From Mobula hypostoma (Eukaryota): a DNA stretch of 64,000 bases. Positions 1 to 11,364 of this stretch are shown here, piece after piece. Position 1 is the stretch's first letter. Each line of letters opens with the position of its first letter. Below the pieces are notes generated by a model that had not been told where the DNA came from, did not search any database, and saw only the letters and a program-made list of their open reading frames with translations. The DNA is taken from assembly GCF_963921235.1 (NCBI RefSeq), contig NC_086108.1:100380001-100444000 (forward strand), written 5' to 3'. Both the position numbers and the translations under genes were made by a program.

Positions 1-9
1 ATTTTTTTT

Positions 10-300
10 ACTTATTTATTTACTTTAGAAAAGCAGTGCAGACAGACACTTCTAGCTCTCTCCATCTCAACTCCTAGTAAACCTCCATCTTAACTCTATC
101 CTAATCACAGGACAATTTACAATAACCAATTAACCTACTAACTGGTACATCTTTGGACTGTGGGAGGAAGCTGTAGCACCCAGAGGAAACGCAGACACTC
201 ACAGGAAGAACGTACAAAATCCTTGAGGGATGGCAGAATTGAACTCCAGACTTCAGCGCCCTGAGCTGTAATAGCATCGTGCTAACCACTGCACCACCAT
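10..300 (-). mobile_element. tRNA-derived V-SINE (HE1-like)
   Basis: Minus strand reads GGTGGTGCAGTGGTTAGCAC (A box) and GGAGTTCAATTC (B box), then the V-domain TTTCCTCTGGGTGCTACAGCTTCCTCCCACAGTCCAAAGA and an (AAAT)n tail. Related copies lie at ~23280-23537(-), ~27840-28110(+), ~55058-55340(+), ~60810-61050(-) and ~61730-61995(+). Confidence 0.8.
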
Positions 301-482
301 GGAATTAGCATGATACAGAAGATGGAGTGCTACCATCCATATCAGCTAGCTATGCTAATAGTTAAAAGGCTGTACCAAGGAGCTAAAAGAACAGTCACCA
401 TCCCCGCTGCAATGGTTACAGATTAGTGCTTCTGTATAAATAATTACACTATTAGTTACCATTAAATGTCGAAATTGAACTA

Positions 483-1568
483 GCATGCACCACTTGCACT
501 GGCAGCTCATTCCACACTCTCCCCACCCTCCGAGCGAAGAAGTTTCCCCTCATGTTCCCTTAAACTTTTCACCTTTCACCCTTAGCCCATGATCTCTATA
601 GTTGCAGTCCCACCCAACAAGAGGTCATGTGTTAAGGGTGACAAGGGGAGATATTTGTATTAATGAGCCATTCTACAGATGTACCTAATAAAGAGGCTAT
701 TAAGTGTACAGCTCGAACTTACAGAAGGCATTGAGTGTATAGCTCGGCCTTACAATTTAAGAGCATTATGATGGCATATTTTAATCTCAGATCTGATCAT
801 TCAGATTTCAGATTTATTTATCACATGTACGTTGAAACCCACAGTGAAATGCCCATTTCTGTTAACAAAGAATGTGCAACTGCTCAGAACTATTGCAGCT
901 TTATGCAGAATTACTGAACTTTACAAATAAGGTTTAAAATCTGCCGCTTAGATTTTAGTTACATGACATTCCTTTAACATTTCATCAGATGTAACACTCT
1001 TCAGCTGCAATGAGTCCATTTAATAACAAATTATTTACTTGTTTTATTCATTTGGGTTAGAGAAAGGGACTTGCTTTGCTGTTGTTGGGTTTTCTTCTGT
1101 TATTGGTGCTGCTTGAGTAGTTTGGTGTTGTGTTGCTCTGCTGAACATTGTGGCCATGCTATGTTGACAATGGAATGTCTGACGACACCTACAGGCTGCC
1201 CCCAGCACATTTTTGGTTGTTAACGGAAACGGTACATTTCACTGTGGGTTTCGATGTACATGTGATAAATAAATCTGAAACATGAATAACCAGATCTGAG
1301 ATTAAAATATGCCATTGTAACGCTCTTAGCTTGAAAGGCCAAGCTATACACTCAATGTCTTCTTTATTGGGTACATCTGTACAACGGCTTATTAATGCAA
1401 ATATCTCCCCTTACTTCACCCTTAACCCATGACCTCCAGTTGGGGGGGACTACAACTGTAGAGGTTATGGGATAAGGGTGAAAGGTTTAAGGGGAATATG
1501 AGGGGAAAGTTCTTCACTCTGAGGGTGGTGAGAGTGTGAAACGAGCTGCCAGCACAGGTTTTGCATGC
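483..1568. repeat. Old imperfect inverted duplication (arms ~483-877 and ~1205-1568)
   Basis: GGCATATTTTAATCTCAGATCTG (773-795) is the reverse complement of CAGATCTGAGATTAAAATATGCC (1291-1313). Reverse-complement similarity continues across the whole of both arms. Confidence 0.9.
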
Positions 1569-1584
1569 AAAACTTGATCTCAAC

Positions 1585-2279
1585 TGTAAGGGGGTTTCGA
1601 CTTTTATGTTACTGCGGAGGGTAATTAAAATGGTGTCTTTGTTATGTTAATCTGGGGAATACGGCTTTGTTGTGTTAAACACTGAGAAAGTTTGCGCTAG
1701 CAGCTTGTTTTTGTTTTAGAGTCTGATAAGAGAGTGCTATTAACCAATTAGGATAGTTGTTATGGTTTTGGTTTATTTGAAGATACTGTATGCGCGGGGT
1801 TTTGGGGCAGAAGGCAGGAGAGCGAGACAGAGGATGGACGAGGTGCTGTGAATCCGCTAACGAGGTCGGACCCCAAGCGGGACGTTCGGCGAGGAGACGG
1901 AGACAGACTCGTGTGGAGCGTCTGGTCGACCACCGTTGTTGGTCCCAGGCAGCAGGTCGAGGTGGTCCGAGGGGGTCGCAGGGTGAAGAAGAAGGTCCTT
2001 GAGCTCCAACGGTTTTTGTGCACAAAGAGATTGAACTTTGATAAGTGTGGCGCCTTTTATTTTCCTTTTATATTTTATTCTCTTTTAATTATATAGTTCC
2101 AGTAATATCTATAAACTGTATATCATTTAATTACATCTGGTGTACTGTCTGTTATTTGGGCGGGGTGGGGTACCTCACACAGCATCCACACAAACGAATT
2201 ACCCAGTTTGCCGGGGCCGAGGCTGTTTCCTTAGACGACAGTGAGCCGAGCGACCCTGAGGGTGGCCGGGGGGGCTACA
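1585..2279. mobile_element. Solo LTR (695 bp) inserted in a CR1 3' fragment
   Basis: TGTA...TACA termini with a 4-bp TSD CAAC at 1581-1584 and 2280-2283. Removing it rejoins the CR1 sequence (ATCTCAAC|ATTTAATAGAAGTTTGGACAGG). Confidence 0.85.
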
Positions 2280-2439
2280 CAACATTTAATAGAAGTTTGG
2301 ACAGGTGCATGAATGGTAGGGCTATGGAGGACTATGGTCCCCATGCAGGTCAATGGGAGTGGGCAGGTTAAATGGTTTGGAACCGACCAGCTGGGCCGTA
2401 GGTCCTGTTACTGTGCTGTACTTTTCTTGGACTTTATGA

Positions 2440-2790
2440 CTATAGCCAATCATGTGGCCACAACTCTATGTATAGAAGTATGCAGACATGGTCAAGTGGT
2501 TCAGTTGTTGTTCAGACCAAACATCAGAATGGGTAAGAAATGCAATCCAAGTGACTCAGACTGTGGAATGGCTGTTGGTGCCAGGTGGGTCAGATGAGAA
2601 TGGCCAGACTAGCTCAGACTGACAGGAAGGCAACAGTAACTCAAAAACCTTGCATTTGTGTGCAGAAGGGCATCTCTGAACACAAATGTCGAACCTTCAA
2701 GTGGATGGGCTACAGCAGCAGAAGACCATGAAACATGCACACATTCATCATTAAGTACAGGAGATACCTAATAAAGTGCCCCTTGAGTGT
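2440..2790 (+). mobile_element. Tc1/mariner transposon remnant (internally deleted)
   Basis: Encodes MGKKCNPSDSDCGMAVGAR, resembling the Tc1 N-terminal HTH region. Ends in the TIR-like CCTAATAAAGTGCCCCTTGAGTGT. A related minus-strand fragment starting TACACTCAGTGGCCACT lies at ~18355-18610. Confidence 0.7.
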
Positions 2791-3544
2791 CCATGAGATA
2801 AATAACCCTGAAAAAAGAGATTTATATATATACTATAATACTTTTAGGTTGTGAGGCCAGGCTGTACGTTGCTGTTTGTAAGAAATCATCTATTACAGTT
2901 TTCAGATCAGAGGAACATTATGTATTGCTGTCATGTTATAAACACATAAACTGCTCTCACAATTATGCCAGATTCAACTGGTTCAAGGAGACAGAGTGCA
3001 GTCAGTGTAAACTCATGTGAAGTAAACACAGCTAATTTAAACAGACTGGTAGGACGGCATGGTTTCGGAGAGGTCAAATATGCCTCGATGTCAGAAATTA
3101 GAAGTGTTGCTTCACCCTCCTTGGAGCAAGAAGTGTAATTACTTCAAGTCAGCTGTCATGGGGAGAGAGAACGTTCTCAGAACTGTGTTCAGTAATTCCA
3201 TTGTGAGGGTGCTGTTCGAATCCAGCTCCTGCTATGCACTAAAGATCCATGCCAATACTCCAGGAGTGAATTTTCTGAATGTAGCAGCATTCTACAGGGG
3301 GCCAGGAAGATTGTTCCAAACAATGCAATGAGCCAGCCAAAAAATAATTAGTTGCAGAGGCTGTCAGGAATGCTAATAAATATATTTTTTCAGTAATTTA
3401 AACAGTTTTCAGCATTGTAATTGGTATCCAATAGCTCTCCAGGCAAAACTGACTCACAACCTGATGCTTGCACAGCATAAAGAGGGAAATTTCAGCGCCA
3501 TCTACCTATAACTTGATGAGTATATTCCAGTGGGGTTTACAATC

Positions 3545-4030
3545 AAAATGCTGGAGGAACTCAGCAGGTCAGGCAGCTTGCTTGGAGAGGAATTAAGAGT
3601 TAACATTTTGGGCTGAGACCCTTCATCCGGACTGGAAAGGAAGAGGGAAGAAGCCAGAATAAGGTGGTGAGGGTGGGGGGGGGGTGGAGGAGTACAAGCT
3701 AGAAGGTGATAGGTGAAGCCAGGTGGCTGGAGGAAGGCGAATGAAGTGAGAAGTTGGGAGGTGAAAGATAGAAAAGGTAAAAGTGTTGAAGAAAAAGGGA
3801 TCTAATAAGAGAGGAGAGTGGATCATGGGAGAAAGGGAAAGAAGAGGGAAACCAGAGGAAGGTGATAGGTAGATGAGGAGACGGGAAGGGGTAGGAGGGA
3901 GCCAGAATGGGGAATGAAAAAAAGGAGAAAGGGAACAGAGGAGAAATTACCAGAGGTTAGAGAAATCAATTTTCATGCGATCAGGTTGGAGACTGCCCAG
4001 ACAGAAAATGAGCCTCAGAGTGGCCTCATC
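3545..4030 (-). mobile_element. Penelope-like element 3' fragment
   Basis: Minus frame gives RLIFCLGSLQPDRMKIDFSN (GIY-YIG C-terminus, as in 50536-50862), followed by a pyrimidine-rich UTR and a degraded terminal repeat. Confidence 0.8.
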
Positions 4031-4342
4031 TTTTTTTTTGGCGTGTGCCTGCGTGAGTGTGAGTCTGTGCTTGTGCGTCTGTGTGCACGTCTGTGCGTCT
4101 ATGATGATGTCTTTTTCATGGCTTTTACAAGGCGCGGAGCAAGAGAGAGACTGTATGGCACGCCACTCCTCACACAAACATTTTCGCAGTATTTTCCCTT
4201 TACTTTACGAGGTCGAGTTGCGATCTCGACACTCAACCCGGCATGGATGGAAAGCGTACTCAGGAGCGGACCCAACTGGACTCAAACCCGGGAACCTCCG
4301 TTCCAGGGTCCGGCGCTGATGTCATTGCGCCACCAGTCGGCC
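4031..4342 (-). mobile_element. tRNA-derived, poly(A)-tailed SINE with 15-bp TSD
   Basis: Minus strand has GGCCGACTGGTGGCGCAATG (A box), GGGTTTGAGTCC (B box) and an A9 tail. TSD is CAG(A/C)GTGGCCTCATC at 4016-4030 and 4343-4357. Confidence 0.8.
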
Positions 4343-5654
4343 CAGCGTGGCCTCATCTTGGCAGAATCTTGGTCAGATTCAGCTTTACATTCACATTCAG
4401 ATTTATGCGCATGAACATTGAAACATATAGTGAAATGCATCATTCATGTTCACAACAAAGGATATGCTAGGGGTAATTTGCAAGTGTCGCCACACACTCC
4501 TGTGCCATACAGAACAAAGCAGAACTTATCAAGTGTCAAAGTAACAATGCCATATCAGGTCCTGTACCTCCCTCCTATGCACCCAGCCACACTTGCACAT
4601 GCACAGTTCTCTAACCTAGGACAGGCCTTCTTCAGCCTCTAGCCTCACGGATTCACAAACACTGGGCCTTTGACTTTCCTAGCGGACCAGAAATTCACTG
4701 ATTCGAGGTTCTAGCTTCTAGACTTCTGATCTACCTGTGATTGGACAATGACAACAGGAACAGTTTCATCCCAGGGTTTCTCCATTACTATCTGCACTTA
4801 CTTTGGTAGGGTAGCATTGGCTTGTATCAAGTCATGCCTCTAACATCTCCAAATGCTACAATGTCATAATTTCTAGCCGGCAGGCACGTTATTAAAGTCA
4901 ATCTCATCCAAGATGCTGTCGCTTCCATCCCAACACTGAATTCTGATTGTTCTTCACCGCAATGCCCTGTGCTCTATGTTGTGTCAAGGTTGGCCTCCGT
5001 TGCTCAGAGTTAACCATGGATGCATCCCAGTCATCTAGATACGCCAGCCAGGGCAGTACAATATGGAGAGCAAGTTGTAGCCCATGTAACAAGCTGCCCT
5101 CTCCATGCATCTGCTGAACCCAAAGGAAAGGCAGTGACTGATAGTTTGGCACCAGCAGCATTTCAGGAGTTGCCAGTCAGTATTGAACTCAATGTGGGAC
5201 TGCCTTAGGGACTCCAGCACCAGATTATTTGCTCAGGATTTATTCCCGAAGCCTTCTCCATGGTGGGTGTCGCCACAAGGCAGCAGAGGTTCGTGATCAG
5301 AGTTTTCCTTTTCCTAGATAACCTGCCAACCATGGTTAATGAGCCCTATCTGCCCAAAGTATTGTCTGAGAAAACCACAAATTAAAATCTCCAATGCAGA
5401 TTTTTAGATCCCTCCAAGGCCTCACTCCCGCTTATTTATGGAACCTGCCGTGGCTGTAAAAACCTCAGGGGAATCTTTGTTCTTCCAGTTCTGGCTCCTT
5501 TGCTTATTCCCACCACTGTTTGGTTTGGGCTTTTGCAACAAGCTTCCAGAGGAGGTGGTAGAGCTGGATACATATATGTTGTGAAATCTGTTGTTCTGCA
5601 GCGGAGTGCAGCACAATACATAAAAATATTATAAGTTGCAGGAAGAAATATAGA

Positions 5655-6305
5655 CAGTGCCTGTGAAAAGTATTTACCCCCTGCCCCCTGGAAGTTTTCA
5701 TGCTTTATTGTTTTACAACATTGGATCATCGTGGATTTAATTTGGCTTTTTTGATACTGATCAACATAAAAAGACTCTTTCATGTCAAAGTGAAAACAAA
5801 TCTCTACAAATTGGTCTAAATTTATGGCAGTTATTAAAGACAAAATAATTGACTGCATAGTCACTCACCCCCTTCAAGTCAGATGCACTTTTGGCAGCAA
5901 TTACAGCCTTGACTCTGTGCGGATAGGTCTCTATCAGCTTTACACATCTGAACATTGCAATTATTCCCCATTCTTCTTTACAAAACTGCTCAAGCCCTGT
6001 CAGATTGTATGGGGATCATGGGTGAACAGCCCTTTTCAAATCCAGCCACAAATTCTTAATTCAATTGAGGTCTGGACTCCAACTTGGCCACTCCAGGGCA
6101 TTAACTTTGTTGTTTTTACATCATTCCTGTGTAGCTTTGGCTTTATGCTCGGGGTCATTGTCTTGCTGGAAAACAAATCTTCTACCAAGTTGCAGTTCTC
6201 TTGCAGACTGCATCAAGTTTTCACTGTATTTTGCTACATTCATTTTACCTTTTACCTTCACAAGTCTTCCAGAGTCTGCTGCAATGAAGTATCCCCACAG
6301 CATGA
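5655..6305 (-). mobile_element. Tc1 transposon fragment (3' half)
   Basis: TIR CAGTGCCTGTGAAAAGTATT. The minus ORF reads GRLVKVKGKMNVAKY...FVFQQDNDPEHKAK (Tc1 DDE domain). Confidence 0.85.
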
Positions 6306-7024
6306 AAACTTGTGCCAACCAACTGGTGTGGGTATTCAAAGACATTTTCAATCTCTCATTATTATGGTCGGAAGTTCCCACCTGCTTCAAAAGGGCAATA
6401 ATCATACTGGTGCCCAAGAAAAGCAGTGTGAACTGCTTTAATAGTTACCATCCAGTAGCACTCGAATCTAAGATGATGAAGAGCTTTGAGGGGTTGGTCA
6501 TGGCTAGAAGTAACTCCTGTCTCAGTAAGGACCTAGGTCCACTGCAATTTGCCTATCACCACAATAGGTCTACAACAGACACAATCCCGATGGCTCTCCA
6601 GGCAGCCTTAGATCACCTGGACAAATCAAATCGTTATGTCAGGATGCTGTTTATTCATTATAGCTCAGTGTTTAACACCATCATTCCTGCAATTTTGATC
6701 GAAGAGCTATAGAACCTGGTCCTCTGTACCCCCTCTACAACGGGGTCCTAGACTTCCTCACCGAAAGATCACAGTCTGTGCAGACTGGAAACAACATCTT
6801 CACGTCGCTGGCAGCCAGCATTGACGCACCACAAGGATGTGTGCTTAGCCCACTGCTCTACTCCCTCTCCACACCCGTGACAGTGTCTAGGCACAGCTCA
6901 AATACCATCTGTAAGTTTGCTAATGATACAGCCATTGTTGGCAGAATCACAGATGGAGATGTGAGGACATACAGGAGTGAGATGTGCCAGCTAGTTGAGT
7001 GATGTCATAGCAAAAATCTTACAC

Positions 7025-7309
7025 TGTAGCGATGTGCTACACACAGCGCTAGAATAACCACACGGAGTCGGTGAGTTAGAGTTGCGATGAAAGAGATTTA
7101 TTCAAACTTCGCGGCCCGCTTTAAAGCCTTCCCGTTCCCGCCCTCCCTGGGCGGGACTACTGTGGGGAATGTATATTCCCAGACCCTTTCTGTGCGCGGG
7201 ATTTTCCCCCCGCTGGTGAAGATGGCCTGGCGCCCTTTTTGCTGCCGGCCCTCTGCCTACGCGCGCTGTTGTGAGCCGGTTCGTGGGTGCCAGAAAGTGG
7301 GTCGCCACA
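7025..7309 (-). repeat. 3' LTR (285 bp)
   Basis: TGTAGCGATG...GTCGCCACA on the plus strand; direct repeat of 11100-11364. Confidence 0.97.
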
Positions 7310-10300
7310 TAACCCCCCCCCGCCCCCAGAACCGGCGATACCTCCCCCAATGTCCACAGTCTGGATCGGCGTCTGTTTGGGAGGTCTGCCCCTGCGCCGC
7401 GGTGCCTGAGCCTGGACCGGCTGTGCCAAGTCCACATGGGCCGGTTTGAGTCGGTCCACCGTGAAAACCTCCTCTCTCCCCCCAGTGTCCAGCACTAACG
7501 TGGACCCGTTGTTCCTGATCACCTTAAATGGCCCCTCATAGGGCCGCTGTAGCGGTGCCCGGTGTCCGCCCCGTCGTACAAAAAGAAACTTACAGTTCTG
7601 CAGGTCTTTGGGTACGCAGGTCGGGCTCTGTCCGTGCTGTGAAGTGGGGATGGGGGCCAGGTTACCGATCCTCTCCCGTAGTCTGTCCAGGACTGCTGTG
7701 GGTTCTTCCTCTTGCCCCCTTGGGGCTGGTATGAACTCTCCTGGGACGACCAGGGGCGCGCCGTACACCAACTCGGCCGACGAGGTGTGCAGATCCTGTT
7801 TGGGCGCCGTGCGGATTCCGAGCAGGACTCAGGGAAGTTCGTCCACCCAGTTAGGCCCCTCCAGGCCGGCCATGAGAGCTGATTTCAGGTGACGGTGGAA
7901 GCGCTCCACTAGTCCGTTCGACTGTGGGTGGTAGGCAGTTGTGTGGTGTAGGTGTGTTCCTAAAAGGCTGGCCATAGCCGACCACAGGCTGGAGGTGAAC
8001 TGGGCGCCCCTGTCGGGGGTAATGTGGGCCGGTACCCCAAAGCGTGCTACCCAGGTTGCGATCAGTGCTCGGGCGCAGGAATCGGCGGTGGTGTCGGTGA
8101 GCGGGACTGCCTCTGACCATCTGGTGAACCGGTCTATCATAGTTAGGAGGTACCGCGCTCCTCGTGACACTGGCAGGGGCCCCACGATATCCACATGGAT
8201 GTGGTCGAACCTCCGGCGGGTGGGTTCGAACCGTTGCGGTGGAGCCTTGGTGTGCCGCTGCACCTTGGCCGTTTGGCACTGCATACACGTTTTGGCCCAT
8301 TCACTGACCTGTTTATGCAGTCCATGCCACACGAACCTGTTGGAGACCAGCCGGACGGTTGTCCTGATGGAGGGGTGCGCTAAGTTGTGAATGGATTCGA
8401 AAACCCGCCGGCGCCAGGCTGCTGGGACGACGGGGAGGGGTTGGCCGGTAGCTACGTCACATAGTAGGGTCCTCTCACCTGGGCCTACGGGGAGGTCTTG
8501 GAGCTGTAAACCGGAGACTGCAGTTCTGTAACTGGGGATCTCAGTGTCTGCCTGCTGTGCCTCTGCCAACGCTGCATAGTCTACCTCCTGGGACAGGGCC
8601 TGTATGGTCGGTCTGGAAAGTGCGTCTGCCACAACGTTGTCCTTTCCAGAGACATGCCGGATGTCCGTCGTGTACTCGGAGATGTAGGACAGATGTCGCT
8701 GCTGGCGGGACGACCAGGGGTCGGACACCTTAGTGAACGCATAGGTAAGCGGTTTGTGGTCTGTGAACGCGGTGAAGAGCCTACCTTCTAAGAAGTACCT
8801 GAAATGCCGGATTGCCAGGTATAGTGCCAATAGCTCCCGGTCGAAAGCACTGTATTTGAGTTCGGGTGGTCGTAGGTGTTTGCTGAAGAACGCCAGGGGT
8901 TGCCAGCGACCCTCGATGAGTTGTTCCAGCACTCCACCGACCGCTGTGTTGGATGCGTCCACCGTGAGGGCAGTAGGAACGTCCGTTCTGGGGTGCACTA
9001 GCATGGAGGCGTTTGCCAAGGCTTCTTTGGTTTTAACGAAAGCGGTTGCGGCCTCTTCGTTCCAGGTAATGTCCTTGCCCTTACCCGACATTAGAGTGAA
9101 CAAGGGGCGCATGGTTCGGGCTGCTGAGGGGAGGAAACGGTGGTAGAAATTCACCATACCCACGAATTCCTGCAAGCCTTTGATTGTGTTGGGTCGGGGG
9201 AAGTGGCGGGCAGCGGGGTTGCCTCGTCTTTAGTAATCCTGTGGCCCAGGAAGTCGATGGTGTCGAGTCCGAACTGGCATTTGGCCTGGGTTGATTGTAA
9301 GGCCGAATTCGCTCAGGTGGGAGTAGAGCTGGCGGAGGTGGGACAGATGCTCCTGCCGACTACTGCTGGCTATGAGGGTGTCGTCCAATTAGATGAATGC
9401 AAAGTCCAGGTCGCGTCCCACCGCGTCCATTAGCCGCTGGAAAGTCTGTGCGGCATTCTTCAGGCCAAACGGCATTCGGAGGAATTCGAAAAGTCCGAAC
9501 GGGGTGATAAGTGCTGTTTTGGGAATGTCGTCCGGATGTACCGGGATTTGATGGTATCCCCGGACGAGGTCTACCTTGGAAAAGATCCTTGCGCCGTGTA
9601 GGTTTGCTGCGAAGTCTTGAATGTGCGGCACAGGGTAGCGGTCTGGCGTTGTAGCCTCGTTCAGTCTGCGGTAGTCACCGCATGGTCTCCAGCCCCCCGT
9701 TGCCTTGGGCACCATGTGAAGGGGGGAGGCCCATGGGCTGTCGGACCGTCGTATGATCCCTAATTCCTCCATCTTCTTGAACTCCTTCTTCGCCAGTCGG
9801 AGCTTGTCCGGGGGAAGCCTTCGAGCACGGGCGTGGAGGGGTGGTCCCTGGGTCGGGATGTGGTGCTGTACTCCGTGTCTGGGCATGGCTGCCGTGAGCT
9901 GCGGTGTCAGTACTGATGGGAAATCCGCCAGGACCCTGGTGAATTCGTCGTCGGACAGCGTGATGGAGTCCAGGTGTGGGGCTGGCAATTGTGCTTCACC
10001 CAGGGAGAACGTTTGAAAAGTCTTGGCGTGGACTAATCGCTTCCCTTGCAGGTCGACCAGCAGGCTGTGGGCTCGTAGAAAATCTGCCCCCAGCAGTGGT
10101 TGGGCCACGACGGCCAGTGTGAAGTCCCACGTGAACCGGCTGGAGCTGAACTGTAGCCGCACCGTGCGGGTGCCGTAGGTTCGTATTGTGCTGCCATTAG
10201 CGGCCCTCAGGATGGGTCCCGGTTCTCTATTGCGGCTGTCGTAACTCGTTGGAGGTAAAACGCTGATCTCCGCTCCGGTGTCGACCAAAAAGCGGCGTCC

Positions 10301-10383
10301 CGACTGCTTGTCCCAGACGTACAGGAGGCTGTCCTGATGGCCAGCCGCCTAGCCATTAGCGGCAGCTGGCCCTGGCGTTTCCC
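7310..10383 (-). pseudogene. pol: Gypsy pol (protease, RT, RNase H, integrase), disrupted
   Basis: Protease [29 protein letters not shown] and [14 protein letters not shown], with YLDD turned into *LDD by TAA at 9389-9391. RNase H VDAS and NVVADALSR. Integrase H..AH..C..C, HVDIVGPLP, DRG, QSNGLVERFHR and RPYEGPF. A further stop at 7829-7831 and indels near 9200-9290 and ~10350. Confidence 0.95.
7313..7327 (-). other. Polypurine tract
   Basis: G-rich run (GGGGGCGGGGGGGGG on minus) immediately upstream of the 3' LTR. Confidence 0.85.
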
Positions 10384-11059
10384 AGGAATTTGCAGGGTGG
10401 TCTGCAGCGGCGGGCCTCTGTGCCCCACCGCTGGTGGTAGAAACACCATTGTTCGTTGGGCTCCTCACTCCCGTCGCCGGGTTTTGTAGGCTCTGCTGCC
10501 GGGCCCGGTCTGGTCTGTCGTTGGGCATGCGGCTTGGTGATCTGTGCGACGGATGCCCCTCTCTCTTTCCTGGCATTCCACAGCACATCTGCTCGGGCCG
10601 CCACCTCCCGGGGGTCACTGAAATCTGCGTCGGACAGCAGCAGGCATTCGTCCTCGGGCAGTTGCTCTAGGAACGCCTGCTCAAACATGAGGCAGGGTTT
10701 GTGTCCTTCAGCCAGGGCCAGCATTTCGTTTATTAATGCTGACGGCGGCCTGTCTCCCAAACCATCCAGGTGCATTAAGCGGCGTGCTCGTTCGCGCCAT
10801 GAGAGTCGAAAGTCCTTATGAGCAGGGTTTTGAATGCTGTGTATTTGCCGTCCTCCGGGGGCGACTGTGTAAACTCCTCAACTTGTGCAGCTGTCTCCTG
10901 GTCGAGGGAGCTCAGCACGTAGTAGTAGTGAGTGGACTCCGAGGTTATCTGCCGAATGTGGAATTGTGCTTCTGCTTGTTCGAACCATAAATGAGGTCGC
11001 AGCGTCCAGAAGCTTGGCAGTTTTAACGAAACTGCGTGAACAGATGCAGCGTCGGTCAT
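10356..11059 (-). pseudogene. gag: Gypsy gag, one frameshift near 10805
   Basis: Begins MTDAASVHAVSLKLPSFW...WFEQAEAQF and ends with CFYHQRWGTEARRCRPPC (CX2HX9CX3C). Split across ORFs 10775..11119 and 10356..10775. Confidence 0.9.
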
Positions 11060-11083
11060 CTCTGGTCCAAATATCGTTTGGGC

Positions 11084-11097
11084 CGTCGGGGTCACCA
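11084..11097 (-). other. Primer-binding site complementary to the tRNA-Trp 3' end
   Basis: Minus strand TGGTGACCCCGACG, 2 nt downstream of the 5' LTR. It matches the first 14 nt of the tRNA-Trp PBS known from avian retroviruses. Confidence 0.9.
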
Positions 11098-11099
11098 AT

Positions 11100-11364
11100 T
11101 GTAGCGATGTGCTACACACAGCGCTAGAATAACCACACGGAGTTGGTGAGTTAGAGTTGCGATGAAAGAGATTTATTCAAACTTCGCGGCCCGCTTTAAA
11201 GCCTGGGCGGGACTACTGTAGGAATGTATATTCCCAGACCCTTTCTGTGCGTGGGATTTTCCCCCCGCTGGTGAAGATGGCCTGGCGCCCTTTTTGCTGC
11301 CAGCCCCCTGCCTGCGCGCGCTGTTGTGAGCCGGTTCGTGTGTGCCAGAAAGTGGGTCGCCACA
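11100..11364 (-). repeat. 5' LTR (265 bp)
   Basis: Direct repeat of 7025-7309 with ~7 substitutions, a 1-bp indel and a 19-bp indel. Confidence 0.97.

Larger units (their letters stand above)
7025..11364 (-). mobile_element. Full-length Ty3/Gypsy LTR retrotransposon (CsRn1/Kabuki-like lineage), coding region disabled
   Basis: Two TG...CA LTRs, 4-bp TSD ACAC (7021-7024 and 11365-11368), PBS, PPT, and domain order gag-PR-RT-RNaseH-IN. Confidence 0.97.

Noticed and set aside
3914..4414. 166-aa ORF as a host gene
   Set aside because: It runs antisense across a Penelope fragment and a SINE, so it is a chance ORF.
7087..7449. env or accessory ORF in the Gypsy element
   Set aside because: These ORFs are alternative or antisense frames over the GC-rich integrase tail and LTR. 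There is no room for env between the integrase and the PPT.
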